DNA of 50,370 nucleotides, from positions 1 to 50,370 of the forward strand of contig DAHVNA010000014.1 of NCBI GenBank assembly GCA_027319565.1. Direction: 5' to 3'. The position numbers were made by a program, and so were the translations under genes. A model generated the notes under the pieces. The model saw only the letters and a program-made list of their open reading frames with translations, was not told the DNA's origin and did no database searches. The stretch comes from Elusimicrobiota bacterium (lineage in GTDB: Bacteria > Elusimicrobiota > Elusimicrobia > UBA1565 > UBA9628). How positions within the stretch are numbered: position 1 is the stretch's first letter; each line of letters opens with the position of its first letter. Below are positions 33,396 to 42,237 of the stretch, piece by piece.

Positions 33396-33751
33396 CGCGC
33401 CGCCTTGATGGAAAGAGAGCGAGATTCAATGGCGATGAAAGCAAGAACGCCAAAGCAATAAGATAAAAGAAGAGCCGCTTGGGAAGAAATATCCCAGCGC
33501 CAAGAAAGGACCATCAAGCACGCCAAAACAATCACTCTGGCGACAATGCCGCCAAGCCACGCTTTAAAAAACTTTTTCATCGAAGAAGAAACTCTCTCCA
33601 AGAAAAACAAACTCACGCTCGATAAGGCCCACGCGCAAAAAAGCCCCAACGCCGCAGACAGGCGAATATCTTTTTTTCCCCAAATACAAAAAATGACAAA
33701 AACGGCAAATATCCCCGCAGACAAAGACGTCAAAGAGTTTTTAAGGAACAT
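33392..33751 (-). CDS. AtpI-like 4-TM protein (start uncertain; 33781 also possible)
   Basis: Hydrophobic ORF between atpZ-like gene and atpB; GG...R motif. Confidence 0.65.
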   Translation of the reverse strand: MFLKNSLTSLSAGIFAVFVIFCIWGKKDIRLSAALGLFCAWALSSVSLFFLERVSSSMKKFFKAWLGGIVARVIVLACLMVLSWRWDISSQAALLLSYCFGVLAFIAIESRSLSIKAAR

Positions 33752-33950
33752 TTTTTTTACTTGAAGACCGAATAATTCCATAAATACCGACCGCCATTCC
33801 CAAAAAAGTCCCACACACTAAGAACCACGGATAAGAGTTAAATTTCCTATCCGCCCACCAACCCAGCCAAGATAAACCTAAAACCGAAACGACCAACTCC
33901 ACCCCGCCGCTTAAAGCCAAAAACCAAGCGCCGCTTTTTTCTTCTGTCAT
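33741..33950 (-). CDS. AtpZ/AtpI-family (ATPase gene 1) small membrane protein
   Basis: LGWWADRKFNSYPWF....G...G pattern; first gene of the operon. Confidence 0.8.
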   Translation of the reverse strand: MTEEKSGAWFLALSGGVELVVSVLGLSWLGWWADRKFNSYPWFLVCGTFLGMAVGIYGIIRSSSKKNVP

Positions 33951-33966
33951 AAAAAGCGGCGGGGAA

Positions 33967-33996
33967 ATTTTATCACTCTGTGAGCTATTTTATCAA
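33967..33996 (-). promoter_or_regulatory. Putative atp operon promoter
   Basis: TTGATA-18 bp-TAAAAT with extended -10 TGn; contains TGATAAAAT twice, 20 bp apart. Confidence 0.5.
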
Positions 33997-34029
33997 ATGC
34001 TCCCTCGAAACGCAAATAAAGGGAAGCCT

Positions 34030-35637
34030 TTATAAAGGCACGGCCGCGCCAGCTCCGGGCGGTTGCCGGGAGAGTTTGACCTTGGGATGATGATCGCTGA
34101 AATATTGGCAGTCCCATTCCTGCTGAAAAAGAATGGTAATGCGCCCATCGGCATCCTTGGCCAAACGCGCTCCGCTGGGAATATCCCCCTCGCTAATGGC
34201 GGCGACGCTGGGCTCATCGATCCAACGAATAACCGTCCATGGGGCAGGCTCAAGACGAGAGCCCGCTCCATATTCAGACTCAAGACGGTAACGCAAAACA
34301 TCAAATTGCAGAGGCCCGACCGCGCCCAAAAGAGGGACCCGCGACGGAGAGTTTAAAAGCTCTAACGATTGGACCACGCCTTCCTGAAGCAAGTGTTCAA
34401 GACCGGCGCGAAAACGCTTAAAATCCGCGGAGCTAACCGCATGCAAAAAAGCGAAATGCTCAGGCGCAAAGCGCGGCAAGGGCTGAAATTGAATCTGAGC
34501 ATCTTCGGTTAAGGTATCCCCCACGCGAAACTGGGCATGCCCGACGATTCCGATCACGTCTCCGGCATAGGCCTCATCGATGGTCTCGCGTTCGCGGCCA
34601 AGCACTTTGTGAGAACTGGACAAGCGAACGCTTTGCCCGGTCTGAGCGTGGATGACGCGCATATTGCGTTCAAAACGTCCGGAACAAACGCGAACGAAAG
34701 CCAGTTGATCGCGATGGCGAGGGTCCATATTCGATTGAATCTTAAAGACAAACCCGGAAAAACGCGGATCTTCCGGCTCGACTACTCCGGAAATAATCGG
34801 CTGCGGGCGCGGCGGGAAAGACAATTCAAGAAAACCGTCCAATAAAAGCTGAATGCCGAAATTATTCATCGCGCTGCCAAAAAAAACCGGGGTCATATCT
34901 CCCGATTTAACGGAAGAAAGGTCAAAAGCTTCCCCCACTCCTTCAAGCAGAGCCAGCTCTTCTTCGGTCTTATGCGCGGTCTCGGGATCAAGAAAACTTT
35001 CAAACGCGGATTGGGAGGCCTCAAGCGCGGTCACCGGCGCCCGAAAAGCGCCGCTGGCGACGCGCTCAAAAAGGTGGATATATTGAGACCTTCGATCAAA
35101 AACCCCGCGAAAGCGGTCGCCCGTTCCCAATGGCCAATTCATCGGGACGGGATGCATCTGAAGCGAGCGATCGATCTGATCCAACAAAGCCAAAGGCTCC
35201 ATGGTCGGGCGATCGAGTTTGTTGATAAAGGTAAAAATAGGAATTTGGCGCAAGCGACAGATCTCAAAAAGCTTAAGAGTCTGACTCTCAATACCCTTGG
35301 CGGCGTCTAAAACCATGATGGCCGCGTCAACCGCCGTCAACACGCGATAGGTGTCTTCGGAAAAATCTTTATGGCCGGGGGTGTCGAGAAGATTGATATG
35401 AAAGCCGCCGTACTCAAACTGAAGGACTGTCGAATTAACCGAGATGCCGCGTTTTTTTTCCAGTTCCATCCAATCGGAAGCGGTGCTTTGCTCTTTTTTG
35501 CGCGCCGTGACCGAACCCGCGAGCTGAACCGCCCCCCCGTAAAGCAAGAGTTTTTCCGTGAGCGTGGTTTTTCCCGCGTCGGGATGGGAGATAATGGCCA
35601 AGGTGCGCCGCTTGAGAATGTGAGCTTTCTCAATCAT
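34030..35637 (-). CDS. prfC: Peptide chain release factor 3
   Basis: AIISHPDAGKTTLTEKLLL, DTPGHKDFSEDTYR, GAVGPLQF.V...RL..EY. Confidence 0.96.
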   Translation of the reverse strand: MIEKAHILKRRTLAIISHPDAGKTTLTEKLLLYGGAVQLAGSVTARKKEQSTASDWMELEKKRGISVNSTVLQFEYGGFHINLLDTPGHKDFSEDTYRVLTAVDAAIMVLDAAKGIESQTLKLFEICRLRQIPIFTFINKLDRPTMEPLALLDQIDRSLQMHPVPMNWPLGTGDRFRGVFDRRSQYIHLFERVASGAFRAPVTALEASQSAFESFLDPETAHKTEEELALLEGVGEAFDLSSVKSGDMTPVFFGSAMNNFGIQLLLDGFLELSFPPRPQPIISGVVEPEDPRFSGFVFKIQSNMDPRHRDQLAFVRVCSGRFERNMRVIHAQTGQSVRLSSSHKVLGRERETIDEAYAGDVIGIVGHAQFRVGDTLTEDAQIQFQPLPRFAPEHFAFLHAVSSADFKRFRAGLEHLLQEGVVQSLELLNSPSRVPLLGAVGPLQFDVLRYRLESEYGAGSRLEPAPWTVIRWIDEPSVAAISEGDIPSGARLAKDADGRITILFQQEWDCQYFSDHHPKVKLSRQPPGAGAAVPL

Positions 35638-35742
35638 GGAAAAAGGGCGTTCGCATTAAACGCCGAGTCCAAAAAATGGGCGAGAATAGGATTTTTTCGA
35701 CGAAGGAATTCACGATTAAATTATAACATACTGCCATAGCCC

Positions 35743-35774
35743 TTGACTCGATACCTAGGTATAGGGTTTATACT
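35743..35774 (+). promoter_or_regulatory. MerR-type promoter/operator
   Basis: TTGACT-20 bp-TATACT with perfect palindrome ATACCTAGGTAT (35751-35762) in the elongated spacer. Confidence 0.88.
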
Positions 35775-35790
35775 ACTTAGAGAGGACAAA

Positions 35791-36231
35791 ATGAAATCAA
35801 ACCTGACCATCGGACAAGCCGCGAAAAAAGCCGGCGTCAATATCCAAACCCTGCGCTATTACGAAGGGCGCGGCCTATTGCCGGCCGAGGCGCGCACGGA
35901 GGCGGGATATCGCCTCTATAGCGAGGAATCGGTTCAAAGACTGCGGTTTATCAAAAACGCCCAAGAGCTGGGATTTCCCCTCTCTGAAATCGCGCGCCTT
36001 CTCAAACTCCGGGTCAAGCGCCCCAATCAGTGCGAGAAGGTCAGAAAAGAGGTCGAAGCCCGCCTAGAAGTCGTCAAAGATAAAATCCTGGGCCTGCGCT
36101 CAATTGAGAAAACCTTGGAAAGTCTCAGGCAAGCCTGCAAGACGAGAAAGATCAGCTCCGATTGCCCAATTTTAGAAAGCCTCGACAACTCAAAAATAAA
36201 AGGAGAAAAACATGGAAAACAAAAACAATGA
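35791..36231 (+). CDS. merR: Hg(II)-responsive MerR regulator
   Basis: LTIGQAAK..GVNIQTLRYYE HTH; three Cys (NQCE, QACK, DCPILESL); ATG at 35791 after GAGGA. Confidence 0.88.
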   Translation: MKSNLTIGQAAKKAGVNIQTLRYYEGRGLLPAEARTEAGYRLYSEESVQRLRFIKNAQELGFPLSEIARLLKLRVKRPNQCEKVRKEVEARLEVVKDKILGLRSIEKTLESLRQACKTRKISSDCPILESLDNSKIKGEKHGKQKQ

Positions 36232-36859
36232 AAAATGGACGGGCGCCGCCGCGCTTTTGTCGGCGGCCCTGGCCTCGGTCTGCTGCATTGGGCCACTCAT
36301 CGCCATCACCCTGGGACTCACCAGCCTTGGCTTTGCGGCCAAACTGGTTCGCTATCGGCCTTACTTTCTGGGGCTAACCGCCACGGCCTTGGCCTTCGGG
36401 TTTTACCGAGCCTACCGCCAACGCCCGGTTGAGTGCGAGGACGGAAGCTGCAAAATGAGTTCCGGAAGCCGGACGATGAAGACGAGTCTGTGGATCGTCG
36501 CCGTTTTCGCCCTCGCCTTGGCGACTTTTCCCAAATGGTCAACCTGTCTGCTGGAGAAATGCGCCTTTGCGGGGAAAGTGAATGCGGCGGCATCCATCCC
36601 CGCCGGCGCCCAAGCCCTCAATCTTAAAATCGCGGGAATGGACTGCGAGGACTGCACCTTAATGATCAAAAAGAACATCGAAAAAATCCACGGGGTTTAT
36701 TTTGCCGACATCAATTTTGACGCGGGAACGGCCCTGGTCAAAACCAACGGAAAAGTGAACGCTCAAGACATTATCAGAGCCGTGGCAAAATCAGGATATA
36801 AGGCCGAAATTTTTTCAGCAAACTTATCTACAAAAGGAGAATCCAATGAAAGAAAATAA
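36212..36859 (+). CDS. merT: MerT-type mercury transporter fused to C-terminal HMA (MerP-like) domain
   Basis: SVCCIGP, YRPYF, CEDGSC; C-terminal GMDCEDC. Confidence 0.88.
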   Translation: MENKNNEKWTGAAALLSAALASVCCIGPLIAITLGLTSLGFAAKLVRYRPYFLGLTATALAFGFYRAYRQRPVECEDGSCKMSSGSRTMKTSLWIVAVFALALATFPKWSTCLLEKCAFAGKVNAAASIPAGAQALNLKIAGMDCEDCTLMIKKNIEKIHGVYFADINFDAGTALVKTNGKVNAQDIIRAVAKSGYKAEIFSANLSTKGESNERK

Positions 36860-38297
36860 CGGAAGCGAAAACGGTCAATTTTGGGACGGCAAAACGGAAT
36901 TTGACCTCGCCGTCATCGGTGGCGGCTCGGGAGCGTTTGCCGCAGCCATCAAAGGCTCGGAACTTGGCGCCAAGGTGGCTATTATTGAGGAAGGCGTCAT
37001 TGGAGGAACCTGCCTTAACCGCGGATGCGTGCCCTCCAAGCATCTCATACGAGCGGCCGAGATTTATCATCTGGCCGAATCAAACCCCTTTCCCGGGTTT
37101 TCGCTCAAGCGCTCTTCTCTTGATTTCGCGAGCCTCATTAAAAAGAAAGATAGTCTTCTCGATTGGGCTCGAAACGCCAAATACTGGGATATTCTCCGCC
37201 ATCATAAAAACATCAGCTTTATCCCGCGGAGGGCGAAGCTCAAATCGCCCAACACAATTGACGCCAGCGGAACCGAAATTCACGCGCGCAAAATCATCGT
37301 CGCGACGGGTTCTTCCGCCTTTATTCCGCCCATTGAAGGCTTAAACAATGTCTCCTATCTCACCAGCACGGAGGCGTTAAATCTTAAAAAACTGCCAAAA
37401 TCCATGATCGTCTTGGGCGCCAACGCGGTGGGGCTGGAACTCGCGCAAATGTTTTCGCGCTTTGGAGTGAACGTCTCCATTCATGAAATCATGGGGCGCG
37501 TGGCTCCCTTGGAAGAGCCGGAAATATCCAAAGCCCTTGAGAAATATTTGAAAGAAGAGGACATCGGCATTTGCACTTGTTCCAAGATAGTCGCGGCAAA
37601 ACAGAAGGGAGAAAAAATCGTCATCATCTCGGAAATGCCAAACGACGCAAAAAAAGAATTTTCTGCCGAGGCTCTGATTGTAGCGACTGGACGGCGGCCC
37701 AATACCCGGGAAATGGGTCTTGAGGCCATTGGAGTGGCCATGGACCCGCGAGGATACATCAAAACCGATGATCTGATGCGAACATCGGTTGACGGCGTCT
37801 TTGCCGCCGGCGATTGCGTCGGGCCCTATCAATTCGTCTATACCGCCGCCTATCAAGGCGCGGTGGCGGCTCAAAACGCTCTTGAAGACTGCTGCGAGCG
37901 AAAGATTAATTACGATGTCGTTCCCTACGCGATCTTCACCGATCCGGAACTCGCCTCGGTGGGTCTTAAAGAAGAACAGGCCAAGGCGCGCGGCCTCAAG
38001 GTCCGAACCAGCGTTCTTGATTTTCACTGGATTCCACGGGCCGAGGTGATGCTCAACGAACGCGGACTCATTAAGATCGTCGCCGAAGAGAAAAGCCTTA
38101 AACTCTTGGGCGTCCATATTCTCGGGGCTCAGGCCGGCGACTTGATTCATGAGGCGGTCATGGCCTTGAAATTCGGCGCCACGGCAAAAGACTTGACTGA
38201 CACGCTGCACGTCTATCCGACTTTATCCGAGGCCCTCAAAATTTGCGCTCAGGGATTCTTTAAAGACGCGACGAAACTTTCCTGCTGCGCGGAATGA
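36846..38297 (+). CDS. merA: Mercuric reductase lacking an N-terminal NmerA domain
   Basis: GGTCLNRGCVPSK, KYWD, FVYTAA, YPTLSE, C-terminal LSCCAE. Confidence 0.93.
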   Translation: MKENNGSENGQFWDGKTEFDLAVIGGGSGAFAAAIKGSELGAKVAIIEEGVIGGTCLNRGCVPSKHLIRAAEIYHLAESNPFPGFSLKRSSLDFASLIKKKDSLLDWARNAKYWDILRHHKNISFIPRRAKLKSPNTIDASGTEIHARKIIVATGSSAFIPPIEGLNNVSYLTSTEALNLKKLPKSMIVLGANAVGLELAQMFSRFGVNVSIHEIMGRVAPLEEPEISKALEKYLKEEDIGICTCSKIVAAKQKGEKIVIISEMPNDAKKEFSAEALIVATGRRPNTREMGLEAIGVAMDPRGYIKTDDLMRTSVDGVFAAGDCVGPYQFVYTAAYQGAVAAQNALEDCCERKINYDVVPYAIFTDPELASVGLKEEQAKARGLKVRTSVLDFHWIPRAEVMLNERGLIKIVAEEKSLKLLGVHILGAQAGDLIHEAVMALKFGATAKDLTDTLHVYPTLSEALKICAQGFFKDATKLSCCAE

Positions 38298-38318
38298 AAA
38301 CGAAAGGAGGAAGGAAAA

Positions 38319-38597
38319 ATGGAAAAAAGAAAGGTTGAGATATTCACGGCGGGATGTTCTGTCTGCGAGGACGCGGTCAAAAAGGTCAACGCCGCTTCCT
38401 GCCCCAACTGCGAGGTCGTGGTCTACGACCTCAACAAGGGCTGCAAGACCGATGAATGCCGCAACAAAGCCGAAGAATACGGCATCACGAGGCTTCCGGC
38501 CATCGTCGTCAACGGCCAGTTGCTTGACTGCTGCCGCCAAGATGCGGTCAAAACAGACGAACTTGAAGCCGCAGGGATCGGCAGGAAGTGTTGCTAA
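38319..38597 (+). CDS. Cys-rich thioredoxin/glutaredoxin-like protein
   Basis: FTAGCSVC, LPAIVVNG; 10 Cys in 92 aa; GGAGG RBS. Confidence 0.8.
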   Translation: MEKRKVEIFTAGCSVCEDAVKKVNAASCPNCEVVVYDLNKGCKTDECRNKAEEYGITRLPAIVVNGQLLDCCRQDAVKTDELEAAGIGRKCC

Positions 38598-38657
38598 GCG
38601 CAACGGAGAAAATTCCGTGATGAATATTTCCGAGAAACCAAAAATCAACGCGGAAAC

Positions 38658-38686
38658 TGTAACATTTGAGGATCAGAACAGACTTA
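38658..38686 (+). promoter_or_regulatory. Candidate ECF sigma promoter, copy 1
   Basis: TGTAACATTT-N13-GACTTA, same spacing as the copies at 42198 and 47118. Confidence 0.78.
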
Positions 38687-38747
38687 TCTTAAGCTGGACA
38701 TCTTGAGCTTAGCTTAAAATCCTAAAATAAAAAATAAAGGAGGATCA

Positions 38748-39050
38748 ATGGACAAGAAAAAGAACAAAGCGTTGTTAAGCGCCGCGGTCGCGGGGCTGAT
38801 GGGAGCGGCGTTGATGGCGGTTCCGGCGGCGGCAAAAAAAGCGCCGAAGCTGGTTCACTGCTACGGCGTCAACAAATGCAAGGGGCACGCAAGCTGCATG
38901 GGCAAGGGACATATGTGCGCCGGCAAAAACAGCTGCAAGGGGCAGGGGTGGCTCGCCATGCCCGCGAAATCCTGCGAGAACATAGAAGGCGGCTCCCTTA
39001 AACCCGTCAAAAAAATGAGCATGCCGATGAAAAAGATGAGCGGACAATAG
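38748..39050 (+). CDS. Bufferin-type (BufA2-like) secreted Cys-rich RiPP precursor
   Basis: Sec signal peptide; HCYGVNKCKG...CAGKNSCKGQGW...C..GG (6 Cys); directly upstream of DUF692. Confidence 0.85.
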   Translation: MDKKKNKALLSAAVAGLMGAALMAVPAAAKKAPKLVHCYGVNKCKGHASCMGKGHMCAGKNSCKGQGWLAMPAKSCENIEGGSLKPVKKMSMPMKKMSGQ

Positions 39051-39055
39051 ACCTA

Positions 39056-39955
39056 ATGAATCAGGATAGGATCAAAACCAAAGCCCAGGCATTCCGCGAT
39101 AAAAAAATCGTTTGCGGCGTCGGAGTCGGCCTGCGCTCGGTTCATTACGATCATGTCCTGTCCCGACGCCCCGCCGTCCCTTGGTTTGAGGTGATTTCCG
39201 AGAACTATATGGGACTGCGGGGCGATCAAGGAGGAAGGCCGCTGGAAATTTTGGAAGAAGCGCGGCGAAATTATCCCATCGTTCTTCACGGGGTTTCACT
39301 CAACATCGGTTCGGCCGACCCGCTTGATAAAAATTATTTAAACGCCTTAAAACGCCTGGCCGACCGCATCGACTCTCCCCATGTCACCGATCATCTTTGT
39401 TGGACCGGAGTTAGGGGCCAAAACCTCCACGATCTATTGCCCTTGCCGTATACGGCGGAAGGCTTGAATTTAATTTCTTCTCGCGCCGCCCAGATTCAAG
39501 ATATTTTGGGACGGCCCTTCGCCTTGGAAAACCCGTCCACCTATCTGGCGTTTCGCCATTCCCAGATGCCGGAATGGGAGTTTTTAGCCGAGGCCGCTCG
39601 TCAAGCCGGCTGCGGCATTCTTTTAGACATTAACAATGTTTATGTCAGCGCGAAAAACCACGGCTTTGATCCCGTTGAATACCTGAGAAATATTCCCGCC
39701 GACAGGGTCATTCAAATGCATCTGGCTGGTTATTCTCATTGCGGCAATCTTTTGATTGACACCCACGATCATCCGGTGTCGGATCCCGTCTGGGAACTCT
39801 ACGGCGAGGCCGTGCGCCTGTTTGGCGATGTCCCGACATTGATTGAGTGGGACGACAAAATTCCGCCGTTTGGCGTCCTTGAAAAAGAGGCCGCGCGCGC
39901 CGAAAAAATAAGGAGGAAAATTCTTGGCAAGCGAGATTGCGCCGCCCTGGTCTAA
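39056..39955 (+). CDS. DUF692 multinuclear non-heme iron oxidase (MNIO, BufB-like)
   Basis: GVGLR..H, EVISENY, HGVSL, DHLCW, LENPSTY, LLDINNVYV..KNH, HLAG, DTHDH, LIEWD. Confidence 0.93.
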   Translation: MNQDRIKTKAQAFRDKKIVCGVGVGLRSVHYDHVLSRRPAVPWFEVISENYMGLRGDQGGRPLEILEEARRNYPIVLHGVSLNIGSADPLDKNYLNALKRLADRIDSPHVTDHLCWTGVRGQNLHDLLPLPYTAEGLNLISSRAAQIQDILGRPFALENPSTYLAFRHSQMPEWEFLAEAARQAGCGILLDINNVYVSAKNHGFDPVEYLRNIPADRVIQMHLAGYSHCGNLLIDTHDHPVSDPVWELYGEAVRLFGDVPTLIEWDDKIPPFGVLEKEAARAEKIRRKILGKRDCAALV

Positions 39956-40757
39956 ACTACAGGAAAGCCTGCAAAAGATTCTAACCGACTCTGGAGGCGT
40001 CAACAACGCTTTGTCGAATCCATCGGTTCAATTTCTGCCTCATTTTCTCGCTGAAACCTCCGCGGTTTCGGCGCGGGAACGCCTCGGCGTTTATTGCGAC
40101 GCTTATTTCCTGCGCATACTCGAATCATTGGGTTCTGACTTCCCAACGCTTAAAGAGTTCTTAGGCGATAAAAATTTTCGCCATCTGATCGCGGATTATC
40201 TCAAGGACCACCCCTCCCGCTTTAAAAATATTTCCCTTATCGGCGAGCGCTTGCCGAAATTTGTATCCCGGCATCCTCTCAATAGAAAGTTTGGCTTCCT
40301 CGCCGATTTATCCCGATTGGAATGGGAAGTTCTCTCGTGCCTTTATCGCGACAGGCTTTCCCCCTTAAACCTAGAGTCGCTGCGCCAAATTCCGGAAAAA
40401 TCCTGGCCGAAGGCGAGATTTATTCTTGACCCCAGCGTACGATTTATTGAACTCGATTGGGACGTCGATCGTCTGTGGAATGAACGAATGCTGGCGAGAG
40501 CCAAAAAGAGAAGCCTCAAAATTAAAAAAAGCGAGCGTTCTCTTTTGATTGTCCGCGATCATCAATGGGTCCAGGTTCGGGCTCTTGGGCTTGAGGAATC
40601 TACGGCCCTCAAGAGACTCCGCGGCGGCGCTTCTTTGGGAAATCTCTGCGATTTCCTCGAGAATTCCCGCAAGTTCCAGGTCAAGCCCGGCGCTATCCAA
40701 GTCTGGATTCGCGATTGGATTTCCTCGGGAGTTCTAAAGCGGTTAGTTTTTCCATAG
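39924..40757 (+). CDS. DUF2063 MNIO partner protein (BufC-like)
   Basis: RLGVY..AY..R....L..DFP....LG...F......Y...HP, LADL.RLEW. Confidence 0.85.
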   Translation: MASEIAPPWSKLQESLQKILTDSGGVNNALSNPSVQFLPHFLAETSAVSARERLGVYCDAYFLRILESLGSDFPTLKEFLGDKNFRHLIADYLKDHPSRFKNISLIGERLPKFVSRHPLNRKFGFLADLSRLEWEVLSCLYRDRLSPLNLESLRQIPEKSWPKARFILDPSVRFIELDWDVDRLWNERMLARAKKRSLKIKKSERSLLIVRDHQWVQVRALGLEESTALKRLRGGASLGNLCDFLENSRKFQVKPGAIQVWIRDWISSGVLKRLVFP

Positions 40758-40857
40758 TCTCAACCCCTGCGCATGGACTTCACCGCCAATTTCCCGCCCC
40801 AAGGCGCCAGAAACTATGGATGGATCAAGCGGAAAATTTTGCCGCGAAATGAGTAGT

Positions 40858-41361
40858 TCACACAACCGACGCTTTCACGGCTTCCAGGAATTTTTCGTCG
40901 CTGACGGCGGAAAGGTGATGTTTGAAGGTAGCCCCGCCTTTTTTGTCCAAGATCAACACGTTGTACATGGGGCAGGCGCCGCCCGGATGAGCCAAGCCCA
41001 AGGTTTTTCCCAGCCAGTCCGCAGGGTCTGAGAGCAAAGGAAAATCAAAACGATGATCCCTCAAAACCCGCTCCGGAGCGCTTTGGTCCGCGCCCAAGGT
41101 TGAAATCGCCAACACCTCGAGATGTTCGCGGTTCGATTGATAAATATTCTGCAAAAAACCGATCCTTTCCTGACAAGTAGAACACAGATTGGTAAACCAT
41201 AAGACGACGGATTTCTGAAGAAAATAAGAGGACAAGGTGTAAGGCCGCCCTTTTAAGTCGCGCAAGGTAAAGTCTGGAATGGCCTCTCCAAGTTTGACGC
41301 CTTGATAGGGATGAAACAAAAACCTCGCGCGAATAAAAGTTTTCCAAAAAAGTTTTTTCAT
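40858..41361 (-). CDS. Redoxin/AhpC-TSA (TlpA-like) protein
   Basis: PDFTL.DL.G, CSTC, FPLLSD, ILDK.G; third Cys in GACP. Confidence 0.8.
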   Translation of the reverse strand: MKKLFWKTFIRARFLFHPYQGVKLGEAIPDFTLRDLKGRPYTLSSYFLQKSVVLWFTNLCSTCQERIGFLQNIYQSNREHLEVLAISTLGADQSAPERVLRDHRFDFPLLSDPADWLGKTLGLAHPGGACPMYNVLILDKKGGATFKHHLSAVSDEKFLEAVKASVV

Positions 41362-41609
41362 TTCGGTTTGAGATGTTCCAGAATACGACGCTTGGCGGCT
41401 TTAACTACGCGCGGGTCAAGCTGGGGCCGAGCTATTTCTTCTACCGTTTTAGAAATCATCTCTAATTGCCGCGAAAAGCGCCGGCAATGCTCGCATAACA
41501 TCAAATGCAGGCGCAAAAGCCCGCGCTGAAGTAAGGGCGCATTGAAAAGTTCTCCGACAAGAACTTTCTCGGACACCTCCCGACAAGACGGCATCAGGCG
41601 TTTAATCAT
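41358..41609 (-). CDS. Soluble zinc-binding anti-sigma factor (zf-HC2/ZAS)
   Basis: SCRE...LRLHLMLCEHCRRF (C...HxxxCxxC); no TM; overlaps the sigma gene. Confidence 0.88.
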   Translation of the reverse strand: MIKRLMPSCREVSEKVLVGELFNAPLLQRGLLRLHLMLCEHCRRFSRQLEMISKTVEEIARPQLDPRVVKAAKRRILEHLKPK

Positions 41610-42192
41610 GTTTCCCGCTTTCCCATTTCTTTTCCAGGCACTCCCGCAGCTTGATGCGGGCTCTGTAGAGAAGCACCCGTAAATTGGTATAGGAAACGCC
41701 CAAAATGTTACAGATATCCTCGGAGGACTCTCCCTCCGATTCCCGAAGGAAAAACGCCGTTTTTTGGCTTAAGGTCAAGCCCTCGGCACATTGCGCGATC
41801 AATTCCTTGATCTCTCCGGTCAAGACGCTTTCCTCTGGGCCCAAGGGAGGGCGAGACCACAGGCCGCTCTCGTTAAAACGCTTTTCAAAGTCATCTTGAA
41901 TTTTGTCAAGGCTTTCCTCGCGATAGCTTTTTCGGCGGAAATCCGCAGCCTTATTATAAAGGATTCCGACAAGATAGGTCTTAATTTGGGATCGCCCTTC
42001 AAAGCGATCAAGCGCACTTAAGAAGGCCGCGAAGGTTTCCTGTGCGAGTTCCTCGGCGTCGGCTTGGGAAAACCCCATGGCAAAACTCACGGCCAAAAGC
42101 GTCTGAGTATGGGAGTTGACCAATTCTGCCATCGCGCCGTCCCGGCCCTCCTTGAGAGCCCGGATATCGTCTTTAGAGATATCGGTTGGCAT
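41602..42192 (-). CDS. ECF sigma factor (TIGR02943-like)
   Basis: AEELAQETF, FEGRS..KTYL.GIL.NK, F..SG.W, IC.ILG....N..VLLYRAR..LRECLE..W. Confidence 0.9.
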   Translation of the reverse strand: MPTDISKDDIRALKEGRDGAMAELVNSHTQTLLAVSFAMGFSQADAEELAQETFAAFLSALDRFEGRSQIKTYLVGILYNKAADFRRKSYREESLDKIQDDFEKRFNESGLWSRPPLGPEESVLTGEIKELIAQCAEGLTLSQKTAFFLRESEGESSEDICNILGVSYTNLRVLLYRARIKLRECLEKKWESGKHD

Positions 42193-42197
42193 AGGGT

Positions 42198-42226
42198 TGT
42201 AACATTTTACAAATTTGTCCGACTTA
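42198..42226 (+). promoter_or_regulatory. Candidate ECF sigma promoter, copy 2
   Basis: TGTAACATTT-N13-GACTTA in the 45-bp divergent gap between the sigma and PiT genes. Confidence 0.78.
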
Positions 42227-42237
42227 CTTGTGTGACC

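Noticed and set aside
35570..35742. Island begins at the prfC 5' end, the site used by SXT/R391 ICEs
   Set aside because: No integrase, tra or set genes and no duplicated prfC fragment in the window; untestable without flanking sequence
37377..38210. 277-aa antisense ORF, and similar shadow ORFs such as 12935-13603, 18630-19247 and 48828-49445
   Set aside because: Lie within well-supported genes and show no protein motifs
38617..38706. Short ORF MMNISEKPKINAETVTF... after a GGAG
   Set aside because: No recognisable features and it overlies ECF motif copy 1; at most a junction remnant
40773..40856. 27-codon ORF MDFTANFPPQG... after bufC, checked as a DoxX remnant or second precursor
   Set aside because: No RBS, no Cys, no hydrophobic segment
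41703..41712. Fourth TGTAACATTT on the minus strand inside the sigma gene
   Set aside because: Followed after 13 nt by TACCAA, not GACTYA; explained by the codons for C-N-I-L
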